IMG/VR virus record: IMGVR_UViG_3300025870_000004
Location: 1 to 64,000 of that record
Length of the DNA stretch: 64,000 bases
Source of the DNA: a virus
Taxonomy: Duplodnaviria > Caudoviricetes
Reading direction: 5' to 3' (one strand)
The notes beneath the pieces were generated by a model. That model did no database searches, was not told where the DNA came from, and worked only from the letters and a program-made list of their open reading frames with translations. This document shows, piece after piece, positions 56,241 through 64,000 of the stretch. Each line of letters begins with the position of its first letter. Positions within the stretch are counted from its first letter, which is position 1. A program made the position numbers and the translations under genes.

Positions 56241-56898
56241 AGGTTCTCACTTTCAATGGATTGATTTCATCTGTGGGGCCTGTTCCAGAGTCAGGACTGA
56301 ATACAAACAACGTAACGTCCTCACCCTTATTACACATGAAATTGTGTAGAACGTTTCTTTCCATCACCCAACAGTCACCTGCTTTGATAGGGAACATCTC
56401 ATCATTATCGAGTTCAATCTCACCTTTACCTGAGAGAATCAATCCAATACGTTGACTTGGGTGGGTGTGTAGAGTTTGTTTCATCCCTGCGGGGAAGTGG
56501 ACATAGTTGATGACGGGGAGTCCAAGACGGCCTGGGTTTACTGCGGTGGTGTTCGTGCCGCCATCCATGTATGATAGGTTGCCTTTTGGATTATCGTGTG
56601 GTATAAACATGCGGTCATCGTTGAGATGTAGACCATAGAACTTGATATGAGCAAATACAGATGTCTCGTTGTGTGTCTCAACAGTAAACTCATTATCTGT
56701 CTGTCCAGCAAAACTGTTTGTATCGACAGACCAGCCATTCTTCATATGGACACTACAATCTTTGCCCATGATATAACTTGTTCCGATAGACTCGTGATTG
56801 TTGAGATAGGTCGTGCTGGTGCCTTTCACAACTTGAATGTCATAGTTCCATATATCAGTAACTTGATAGGTCTCTGTATTCTCAATTTGTTTCATCAT
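56218..56898 (-). CDS. Cupin-domain protein
   Basis: QTLHTHPSQRIGLILSGKG...AGDCWVM...LHNF. Confidence 0.85.
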   Translation of the reverse strand: MMKQIENTETYQVTDIWNYDIQVVKGTSTTYLNNHESIGTSYIMGKDCSVHMKNGWSVDTNSFAGQTDNEFTVETHNETSVFAHIKFYGLHLNDDRMFIPHDNPKGNLSYMDGGTNTTAVNPGRLGLPVINYVHFPAGMKQTLHTHPSQRIGLILSGKGEIELDNDEMFPIKAGDCWVMERNVLHNFMCNKGEDVTLFVFSPDSGTGPTDEINPLKVRTYVGQQRV

Positions 56899-57446
56899 AA
56901 TCCTGTCACCTCTCTAATCTCTTTAGGTATGAAAGGTCTAGACATTCTTTCGGGATGCCAGACAATCGCGCAAACGTTACCCTTCATCCAAGACTCTGTG
57001 TTACCTTCATCATCAATGTATAATTGTATCACATTTTGGGGTAGTTTGTCAATAGAAATATTATGAAAACTGTTCACACGGGTGTGGGTAGGTATGTTAC
57101 CATAGACGAGATGTTCGGTATCATAGTGACCCTCACAGTCTTTTGTGCTGCCACCGAGCATCTCTGTCAGTAGAAACGCACCATGACATATACCGAGCAT
57201 AGGTTTACCCAGTCTCGACATTTCGGTTATGAGGGATACTTCTGTGAGGATGCGAATCTCTTCGTTGTCCCCACCCGTAATGATGAGTAGGTCGAGAGAC
57301 TCCGCAAGGGATTCATAATCTAAGTCTTCACGATTTGGGATGGGGATGAGTTCATGACCCTTCAACAACCTATACCAGTTGTGGTCTAAGGAGTCATGAA
57401 CTTGTCCGTTGTGCGTGAGGACTCTTTGTGTGAGTCCTATTCTCAT
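56895..57446 (-). CDS. Class I glutamine amidotransferase / peptidase C26 (gamma-glutamyl hydrolase-like)
   Basis: IITGG, LGICHGA (nucleophile Cys), NSFH, WHPE. Confidence 0.9.
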   Translation of the reverse strand: MRIGLTQRVLTHNGQVHDSLDHNWYRLLKGHELIPIPNREDLDYESLAESLDLLIITGGDNEEIRILTEVSLITEMSRLGKPMLGICHGAFLLTEMLGGSTKDCEGHYDTEHLVYGNIPTHTRVNSFHNISIDKLPQNVIQLYIDDEGNTESWMKGNVCAIVWHPERMSRPFIPKEIREVTGL

Positions 57447-58145
57447 TTACCAACCGTAGGCTGCGTTTACGAGTTCGCGTGAACCTTTTGCTTCTACTGT
57501 GTTTTCGCACGAGATTTCAAACAGGTCTTTACGCATTGCTTCGATAATACGAAGAACACGACTCTGTGTTTTCTCATCAGTTGCAACTTTGCGTAACTTG
57601 TATGCGCCGATACCACTGTGAAAACCTTCGTCTTTGGCAATCTCGCGATAACGACCAGAGATGAAACTATCTTCGATAGTGTCTGCCATCTGATTCCACA
57701 CTGCTTCTGCACGACCTTCCGCGACCAACTGGTATGCGGCGAGGACTGCTTCGTCGTTCTCTGCGTCATACTTCTCAAGCAGTGATGCACCTTTGGCAGT
57801 GTCTGCTTTTCTTTCAGCTTCAAGTGCTTGGGAGACGTTTACTTCTTCACCAGTGATATGTTCAATAACTTCCTTGACCATACGGTAGTGTTTTGCTTCG
57901 TCTGCTGCTTGTTTTGAAAGCAATTCTAATTCTCTTGGGTCTGCATCATCTTCTGCACTAGCAATCTGTGCAGAGATTTCCGACATATTCATACGTTCAT
58001 TGACCATACGACCAATGAAGTGGTCAACCATTTCCTCTTTAGGAAGGTCGCCTTCGAAGTATGCCTTGACGTTCATCTTGGATGCTTCGAACAATGCTTG
58101 GTTTTCTTTGCGAATTTTCTTCACAAACTCTTGTGGATTTAACAT
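57447..58145 (-). CDS. Ferritin-like di-iron enzyme
   Basis: Helical; NE, DEAKHY, AE, DEGFH (two ExxH motifs); AAGGA RBS. Confidence 0.8.
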   Translation of the reverse strand: MLNPQEFVKKIRKENQALFEASKMNVKAYFEGDLPKEEMVDHFIGRMVNERMNMSEISAQIASAEDDADPRELELLSKQAADEAKHYRMVKEVIEHITGEEVNVSQALEAERKADTAKGASLLEKYDAENDEAVLAAYQLVAEGRAEAVWNQMADTIEDSFISGRYREIAKDEGFHSGIGAYKLRKVATDEKTQSRVLRIIEAMRKDLFEISCENTVEAKGSRELVNAAYGW

Positions 58146-58179
58146 GTTAGTTCCTTATTCACTCTATTGACAATAACAG

Positions 58180-58187
58180 TATTTATA
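58180..58187 (-). promoter_or_regulatory. T4-type late promoter TATAAATA
   Basis: Exact motif 35 nt upstream of the ferritin-like gene, at an intergenic gap in an otherwise overlapping run of genes. Confidence 0.75.
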
Positions 58188-58962
58188 CAATTTGTTTCAT
58201 CAACTCTCCAACATTCTCCCCCTTATTAGGAAGTTTGTCTTTGAGGAAGAAATGAATGAAGTGACAGTCCTTCAAGTTATCGACTGCACTATACAACCCA
58301 TTCCATTTACCGTCCATGTGTTTGGTTGGAATGTTATATCTCTTGAGGAAGTAGTTCAACAGCGTTTGGTCAGTAGACCACTTCCATGCACCCTGTCCAT
58401 CAACAAAGTCCTTGAACTCCATACGATTGATGAAACTATGTGGGTCTTGGCCCTTGAGATATGGTTTGAAGAGTTCACTGTTCAACAGAATCAGACCCAT
58501 GTTGAAGAACTCAAACCCTAGACTATTCGGTTTGAAATCTAATTTATTACTATGGAGAGGATTATATTGCATACGAGAGTAATTGATAATCTTGTCTTTA
58601 TACCAATCCTGAATACTCATCTCACGTTCACACACAGCCCCAAAGGCTTGTTCTGTTCCAAAGTCCTCAAAGATATTTGGTGCGTCTGGTCGGATATAGA
58701 TGTCTGCGTCGATGATTGCAATCTGGTCGTAATAATTCAGATACTCAAATGCATTCTCTTTCTCGTAGATAGGTAGATATCCACCATATTTCATATAGGA
58801 CTCTTCACTACGATTTGTCGCAAAGATATCTGGTTTGATACGCAACTTAGGCTGTGTCAATACAATGTGTTCAATATCATACTTCTTACAATAGTCTGCA
58901 ACCGACTGAATACAGTGGTCGTATAGTTTTGACGGTTTACCTACCGACACTTGGTAAATCAT
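58183..58962 (-). CDS. GT-A glycosyltransferase (GT8-like)
   Basis: IIDADIY, PNIF, FFNMGLIL, TDQTLLNY, KWN, FIHF. Confidence 0.8.
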   Translation of the reverse strand: MIYQVSVGKPSKLYDHCIQSVADYCKKYDIEHIVLTQPKLRIKPDIFATNRSEESYMKYGGYLPIYEKENAFEYLNYYDQIAIIDADIYIRPDAPNIFEDFGTEQAFGAVCEREMSIQDWYKDKIINYSRMQYNPLHSNKLDFKPNSLGFEFFNMGLILLNSELFKPYLKGQDPHSFINRMEFKDFVDGQGAWKWSTDQTLLNYFLKRYNIPTKHMDGKWNGLYSAVDNLKDCHFIHFFLKDKLPNKGENVGELMKQIV

Positions 58963-58963
58963 T

Positions 58964-59572
58964 CTAGTGGCCAACTGTGCCTCCAATTTCTGCATCATAT
59001 ACTGGTCTGCAATATTTAGTCACGAGATTAGTATCCCGATTTAGTTTATCGAACATGATATCATCGATGTATCTGGTGTGAACCTCAGTCACACACTCTA
59101 AGAGTAATTCCTCTGCGACCTCTGGTTCGATATAATATGCGGATGTGATAGGGCAGAGTTTTAAGTCCCACCAGTATGGGTGACCCTTGAACCTATCGCA
59201 ATAGTTGTGAAACTCATCATCGTTCTGAAAATTACAGATTGAGAAGTATGGTGCGATTACAGGCATATCCGATGTCAGACATTCGGTGTCATGTTCTATC
59301 ACCGTGATTGGTCTGTCCTCTTTCACACACTTTTCCCAGAGAAGATAGTGACTATACCAACATCCCATCTCTGACGGGGTGAAGTCTCGTTTGCCGTGAT
59401 ACTGGTCAATCTTAATATCATCATATAGATGAAGAGTCTCGGCAGTCACCGCATCAAACATGTTCACCTCAAACCCATGTTTCTTCCACGAGGGTAGAAC
59501 CTTGTTCACATAATACTGCGACACCTCACTCTCAGGCATCTGTATCATCCAAATGTTGTCACATGTCTCCAT
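58964..59572 (-). CDS. Glycosyltransferase family 25-like
   Basis: FDAVT, SEMGCWYSHYLLWEKC, VIEHD, AYYIEP. Confidence 0.8.
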   Translation of the reverse strand: METCDNIWMIQMPESEVSQYYVNKVLPSWKKHGFEVNMFDAVTAETLHLYDDIKIDQYHGKRDFTPSEMGCWYSHYLLWEKCVKEDRPITVIEHDTECLTSDMPVIAPYFSICNFQNDDEFHNYCDRFKGHPYWWDLKLCPITSAYYIEPEVAEELLLECVTEVHTRYIDDIMFDKLNRDTNLVTKYCRPVYDAEIGGTVGH

Positions 59573-60231
59573 AGTGTAACCCAACTCAGTATATTCCTTG
59601 TCTTCTCTTTGTGTAAGACTTGCCACCAACCATCTTCGGCTGGTAATAATTTTTTCTCATCGTATAGTTGAAATATCTTATTTGTATCAACGCTCTTTGT
59701 TATAATAAGAAAGTCTCTCAGTTTATTCTCATCTACTACCCAATGATAATCCAATGGAACAGTAAGGTTTTGTAATGCCACTTCAAATTGTTCGGGAGTC
59801 ATCATAACAGGAACGGCTCCGAAACCTACAGTTTCACATTTATATTTTTCCATTATAACATTAATCACATCTCTTGTCAAGGGATTATTGATGTAGGTGT
59901 CATATCTAACTCTGATGTAGTAATCAAATTCTTCGTCTAGACTATCAACCGCATGAGCAAACCCTAATATCTGAAAATGCCTTTTATGGTGTTTGGTTAC
60001 CTCGACCACTTTCTCTTCAGGTTCATATGGATGATATGTAACCTCTGGTTCTGGTGTGAACAAAACTTCATACTTGAAATCTTTGAACTTATCCTTGTAT
60101 TCTGTCCACGAATGAAAGACTGCCTTGTCGTGTGGAATATGATTTAGAATCCGTTCTGTCATGGCATTCACATTCATACCATCAGGCGGAACACCATTGA
60201 ATATCAATACAATCTTTTTATCGGAATTCAT
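59545..60231 (-). CDS. Putative glycan-modifying protein, paralogue of 51205-51966
   Basis: EPEVTYHP, FDYYIRVRYD, KKLLPAEDGWWQVL. Confidence 0.55.
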   Translation of the reverse strand: MNSDKKIVLIFNGVPPDGMNVNAMTERILNHIPHDKAVFHSWTEYKDKFKDFKYEVLFTPEPEVTYHPYEPEEKVVEVTKHHKRHFQILGFAHAVDSLDEEFDYYIRVRYDTYINNPLTRDVINVIMEKYKCETVGFGAVPVMMTPEQFEVALQNLTVPLDYHWVVDENKLRDFLIITKSVDTNKIFQLYDEKKLLPAEDGWWQVLHKEKTRNILSWVTLWRHVTTFG

Positions 60232-61177
60232 TGAGGTCGAACTCCGTCCCATACATGTGGTGAAGGTCACGATTGTGATTCGAGTAAACTAGAACTTCAG
60301 GGTCATCAAGTAGAAAGTCGCACCCACGGCAGTAATCAGGATAATTTCCAGTAGTATGGTCATCACGGAGTTGACTATACTCATCACCGAACCAGATTTC
60401 TTCAATTGTGTTTTCAGATGTGTGACCGAGAACCGCTTCCTCGTCTCTGCCCAAGACTTGACAACAAGGAGCGACAGCACCTCTTTTACCATCAAGGCCA
60501 CCAACACGAATAACAACGTCTGGACTAAAAGGTCGCCCACAGGTCTTTACCTTACCTTCGCGTTTATAAGACGGGTCATACACACCACTCCAGTTGTGTA
60601 GTTTCCAAATCTCTGTTTTAACGCCTAGGTCTTCGACCAATGCTTTGTATTCGTCTAGTTCATTCTGTAGATTGTCATTGTCAGTTATCAGATGATATGT
60701 TGCAACTACACACTTTGAGTCGGTCTCATCCACATACGCCTTCATCTCGCGGATGTTTTGAATAATCTGTTCGTATGTGCCACCGACTTTATTATACATC
60801 CACTCGTTGTATTTATCAGAATTAGAACCTATAAAGGAGAATCGATAGAAGTCAAGACCCGCATCAACACAATCCTTCATGTATTGACCATGCATCTTGA
60901 ATCCGTTAGAGAAGATAACAGCCTGTGCGTTATACTTCTTGACAATTCTGATATAGTCAGGTAGGTTGTTGACTGCGGTTGCCTCACCACTACCATCAAG
61001 GTTTACGACCCGTAGACCATGTTGAGCGCAATCAGCAACATTCTTTTCAAACTCTTCAAGAGTCATCTTACCCTTGAATCGCATGTCACGTCCACCTGTT
61101 CGCATATCTTGAGGACACATACTACACGAGTAGTTACATCCACCATATACTTCTATTACTGCTCTATCAATCTTCAT
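60218..61177 (-). CDS. Radical SAM enzyme with SPASM/twitch domain
   Basis: CNYSCSMC, GSGE, SNG; C-terminal CGRPF...APCC...LG...CRGC. Confidence 0.92.
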   Translation of the reverse strand: MKIDRAVIEVYGGCNYSCSMCPQDMRTGGRDMRFKGKMTLEEFEKNVADCAQHGLRVVNLDGSGEATAVNNLPDYIRIVKKYNAQAVIFSNGFKMHGQYMKDCVDAGLDFYRFSFIGSNSDKYNEWMYNKVGGTYEQIIQNIREMKAYVDETDSKCVVATYHLITDNDNLQNELDEYKALVEDLGVKTEIWKLHNWSGVYDPSYKREGKVKTCGRPFSPDVVIRVGGLDGKRGAVAPCCQVLGRDEEAVLGHTSENTIEEIWFGDEYSQLRDDHTTGNYPDYCRGCDFLLDDPEVLVYSNHNRDLHHMYGTEFDLNEFR

Positions 61178-62015
61178 TCCAAAATCGTTCTATTCGTTTC
61201 ATATGTCTGTGTGCTTTGTCTTTCATTCTATCTAGGTTAGGAACAAAATCCTTACCACCTGTTCCAAAGAAATCTTTCACTTCTTTTTGGGCGAATGGCT
61301 GTGCGGTTACAAAGTTAGAGTATTGATTATATCCATTTTCCAGTTGTATTGTATTAGGTGTATTATAACTAGTCACACCTTCCCAAGACGGAATATACAT
61401 TGGTTTAGCAAAGTTCCTTGCAATGTAATGCCACATACCATCATAACAAACAATAAAGTCACACTCCTGTATGTGTTTATATGCTTCTTTAATCGGTGTT
61501 CTGTAGGTTAACTCCTGTAGTATCCAACCCTTCCAAGAAAGTAGCTTAATTATATCATACCAATCATCACTTGTCAAGAACCTTTTCCAACTTCTTGGTT
61601 TTTCTTTGTTGTAGTGGGGTGTCCACATCACAATCTTTTTCGTTTTAGGAACAAATTCTTCCTTATTGAATATCCAGTTATTATCAGGTGAACCAGATGG
61701 TTCATATGCTTTAGAGTCAAAATAAAATCTGTCTTTGTCTTGTCTATTATTGAAAGCACCACTCTCAAATAAATCAGAGTTATAGACATGAGTAATCGTA
61801 ACATCATCCTGTCGATGATATTTTGTATGCATCCATTTCATACGTTGAATTATTGTCTCAGGGTCTTGGGGATGATGAAGGTAATCCTCGTCATGCTCCC
61901 AGTGCATTTCGAGGTTTACTTTCTTACCTGTATCGTATGCATGTTTATGTGATGAATTCAGAGCCCACATAAAGTCGCCCACGCCTGGCGTGCCGCGCCA
62001 CCTAATTTTTTCCAT
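61167..62015 (-). CDS. GT-B glycosyltransferase (GT9-like)
   Basis: GVGDFM near the N-terminus, WKR...W, IQECDFIVCYDGMWHYIA...KP. Confidence 0.6.
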   Translation of the reverse strand: MEKIRWRGTPGVGDFMWALNSSHKHAYDTGKKVNLEMHWEHDEDYLHHPQDPETIIQRMKWMHTKYHRQDDVTITHVYNSDLFESGAFNNRQDKDRFYFDSKAYEPSGSPDNNWIFNKEEFVPKTKKIVMWTPHYNKEKPRSWKRFLTSDDWYDIIKLLSWKGWILQELTYRTPIKEAYKHIQECDFIVCYDGMWHYIARNFAKPMYIPSWEGVTSYNTPNTIQLENGYNQYSNFVTAQPFAQKEVKDFFGTGGKDFVPNLDRMKDKAHRHMKRIERFWNED

Positions 62016-62344
62016 TATTTCTTAGTAAGTGCCGATGCGCCAAAGAATGCAGCTACGATTGCTGCAACTGATACAAAATAGACAGATGCAATATCTGCTA
62101 CGAGTTCAGCCGCCTTATCCAGACCAACCAAGCTTGTGAAGAAGATGCCAGCGGGGTATAACAACATACCCAAGAGAGCAAACCATGCCATCTTGCGTTG
62201 TGCGTCTGCCTTCTCATCTTCATTCTCAAATCTACGCATCTCTTCGGCTCTCGCCAGTTCTTCGTCAGTCACTACACCATCTCCATCTAAATCATATTTG
62301 TCATAAATTGATTGTTCTTGTAATTGTTTTTGTTTTTTTGCCAT
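62015..62344 (-). CDS. EF-hand-containing small membrane protein (holin-like topology)
   Basis: YDLDGDGVVTDEEL canonical EF-hand loop followed by two TM helices. Confidence 0.7.
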   Translation of the reverse strand: MAKKQKQLQEQSIYDKYDLDGDGVVTDEELARAEEMRRFENEDEKADAQRKMAWFALLGMLLYPAGIFFTSLVGLDKAAELVADIASVYFVSVAAIVAAFFGASALTKK

Positions 62345-62372
62345 GATAGTCTCTCCGTAATTACGAAGGTAT

Positions 62373-62963
62373 TTAGTCAACTAAGAACTCGTAGACATCT
62401 TTCCAGTTCTTCATCAGAGGAAAGTCTTTACAATCCATATTGTATGCATGTTCCATGACCAGAGGTTCAAGACCAACCTTTGCACCAGCAACTGCGTTCT
62501 CTACCTTATCTTCAATCCAGACATACTCAGTTCCTTCATAGGGCGCAAGAACTTCGTCTTTGTCTGCACCAGTATCAAGATAGATAAACTTCTCAAATGC
62601 AGTCTCACCGAACAACTTCTGAATGTTCAGCGTCCGTAACCGTTGTGCGTTCTGGTCTTTACTTAGACTTGTAATCAGGTGAAAGACATATCCACATTCT
62701 TCGTGGAGTTTCTTGACATACTGAATAGCATCCCGAAGAGGCGGAATGAAACCGACTGCAGCACTTTCGTTGAAGTCCCGAACTAACCGTTTTGCTTCTG
62801 CTTTGGGAATACCATACAGTTCGCTGATGTCATATGCGAACTTATCAGATACACGATATCCTTTCTCGTGCATCCAGACATCGAATGCATAGCCCCAGTT
62901 CAACAGAACACCGTCTGCGTCAGTGAGAATGACTTTGTGATATTGTGTATTGTATTCTAACAT
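62373..62963 (-). CDS. HAD-superfamily hydrolase (T4 30.2 / 5'-nucleotidase-like)
   Basis: ILTDADGVLLNW, LITS, WIEDKVENA. Confidence 0.85.
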   Translation of the reverse strand: MLEYNTQYHKVILTDADGVLLNWGYAFDVWMHEKGYRVSDKFAYDISELYGIPKAEAKRLVRDFNESAAVGFIPPLRDAIQYVKKLHEECGYVFHLITSLSKDQNAQRLRTLNIQKLFGETAFEKFIYLDTGADKDEVLAPYEGTEYVWIEDKVENAVAGAKVGLEPLVMEHAYNMDCKDFPLMKNWKDVYEFLVD

Positions 62964-62990
62964 ATAAACTCTCTTTCTTGATTATGTCTT

Positions 62991-63019
62991 ATTATTACAT
63001 AAAGAAAGAGAAATGTCAA
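62991..63019 (-). promoter_or_regulatory. Sigma70-type promoter
   Basis: TTGACA-17 nt-AATAAT with TG extension, same form as the promoter at 43129. Confidence 0.7.
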
Positions 63020-63849
63020 GTCTTTTTTAGGTATTTGAACTTATTATTTTCGTAGTCTTTAAGCATAACTACCTTATTACCACCACCCGTGTAGTGTAGG
63101 AAGTTCATATCGTATCCCCTGTCGTCTGGCCAGTGTGTAGGAGTATCATTCCACGTCTGGTCAATACTTTGAATATTGAATCCGTGTTTGATTAGTTGTC
63201 CTGATAACCAAGGTTGGTCGTTGTTTAACCAGAATGGGTCACCGTGTTTATCCCCGTCTTCCATATAGTCTTGCCAAGGGTCAAAGAGTTCTCTTGCTCT
63301 TAGTCTCGCTTCCTTAGTCCATACCAATACACCTGTGTTAAAGGTCATGACGCAAGAGGGTCTATATGGGGGTTTTGTAGGGACAATAGGGATACCATTG
63401 CGTTCATACTTGGCAATCAGTTCGTTCTTAATTTTGTCATTGTAATCCCAAGTGTTATATCCACCACTCTTTTCTGTGCGGATTTCAGACTCAAATACAC
63501 CCGTCACATCATGACCATTGGTCTCGTCGAAAATGTTCTCTTCGGTATTACAAATGATGTCCGCATCAACGAATAGAACCTTGTCATAGTCGTCATACAT
63601 TGGGTCATAGACCACTCGCATACATTCGAAAAGTAATACTGTAGAACCTGTTATACCTGCTGTGTGAACCTGTTTGGTCGAGTAATGGTGTTGTGCGCCA
63701 ATCTTGTCTGCATAGATGCGAAACGACTCGGCGGAAAGGTCTGCGGTTTTTCGATACAACTCTGCGCGTGTGCCTTGAGGATATTGAGGAACTCTACCAC
63801 GTTTCTCGGTTTCCGCATTGGTAATCATATATTGAAAGATTAAATTCAT
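63016..63849 (-). CDS. GT-A glycosyltransferase (GT8-like)
   Basis: YDKVLFVDADII, ENIF, FNTGVLV, NDQPWL, TWN, FLHYTG. Confidence 0.8.
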   Translation of the reverse strand: MNLIFQYMITNAETEKRGRVPQYPQGTRAELYRKTADLSAESFRIYADKIGAQHHYSTKQVHTAGITGSTVLLFECMRVVYDPMYDDYDKVLFVDADIICNTEENIFDETNGHDVTGVFESEIRTEKSGGYNTWDYNDKIKNELIAKYERNGIPIVPTKPPYRPSCVMTFNTGVLVWTKEARLRARELFDPWQDYMEDGDKHGDPFWLNNDQPWLSGQLIKHGFNIQSIDQTWNDTPTHWPDDRGYDMNFLHYTGGGNKVVMLKDYENNKFKYLKKT

Positions 63850-64000
63850 TCAATCAAACCAGTCTTGTATACCGTCTTACCATCTTCCTTCATGGCAGTC
63901 AATACAGACTTGCGATTATCTTCGGTCTTGTATGATACATGAACCCAACCAGAGTCAGGAATGCCAGGCGTATAGAACTCAAGGATGAGTTGGTCAAAGT
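63846..64000 (-). CDS. Peptidase M15A-like endolysin, 5'-partial
   Basis: FDQLILEFYTPGIPDSGWVHVSYKTEDNRKSVLTAMKEDGKTVYKTGLIE*. Confidence 0.75.
   Translation of the reverse strand, partial: FDQLILEFYTPGIPDSGWVHVSYKTEDNRKSVLTAMKEDGKTVYKTGLIE

Noticed and set aside
47525-63849. Island as contaminating bacterial LPS/capsule locus
   Set aside because: It is interleaved with phage genes (SNase, 30.2-like HAD, M15 peptidase), has a T4 late promoter and shares the k-mer avoidance signature.
1-64000. Alternative genetic code, introns, inteins or homing endonucleases
   Set aside because: Genes tile densely under the standard code with all three stop codons in use. I saw no HNH, GIY-YIG, LAGLIDADG or intein motifs and no unexplained long gaps.

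Overview
64 kb of a large T4-like myophage genome (standard genetic code; the gene content resembles marine T4-like phages, host unknown). It has four parts. (1) 1-39.3 kb is the tail-fibre and baseplate module under T4-type late promoters (TATAAATA). It holds a fibre gene of more than 1,890 codons that the ORF track misses, two paralogous N/D-F/Y-x-G/R repeat proteins followed by a glycosyltransferase and a 2OG-Fe(II)-oxygenase-like gene, a DUF4815/VrlC-like protein, gp8, gp9/10-like, gp7, gp6, gp25, a gp5 split into three genes, gp27, gp53, gp48, gp4, gp2, gp54, gp26/gp51 and a tape-measure-like gene. (2) 39.4-43.8 kb has gp32, gp33, a DenV-like gene and small early genes, several with their own sigma70 promoter. 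(3) 43.8-47.5 kb has a short late operon and tRNA-Arg(UCU). (4) 47.5-64 kb is an island of about 20 glycan/modification genes: GT25-, GT8-, GT9- and Maf/sialyltransferase-like genes, sulfotransferase-like genes, methyltransferases, a HAD-nucleotidyltransferase, radical SAM, cupin, GATase and a ferritin-like enzyme, part of it behind a late promoter. The best candidate for an undescribed system is phage-encoded virion decoration. The support is an Asp-Ser motif strongly enriched in outer tail proteins, out-and-back repeat filament proteins with adjacent modifying enzymes, and the late-expressed enzyme island. Other notable signals are a -1 slippery site joining gp26 to gp51 just before the tape measure gene, and restriction-site avoidance that is relaxed only in GCC context. 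All family assignments and counts were made by eye; no searches were run.
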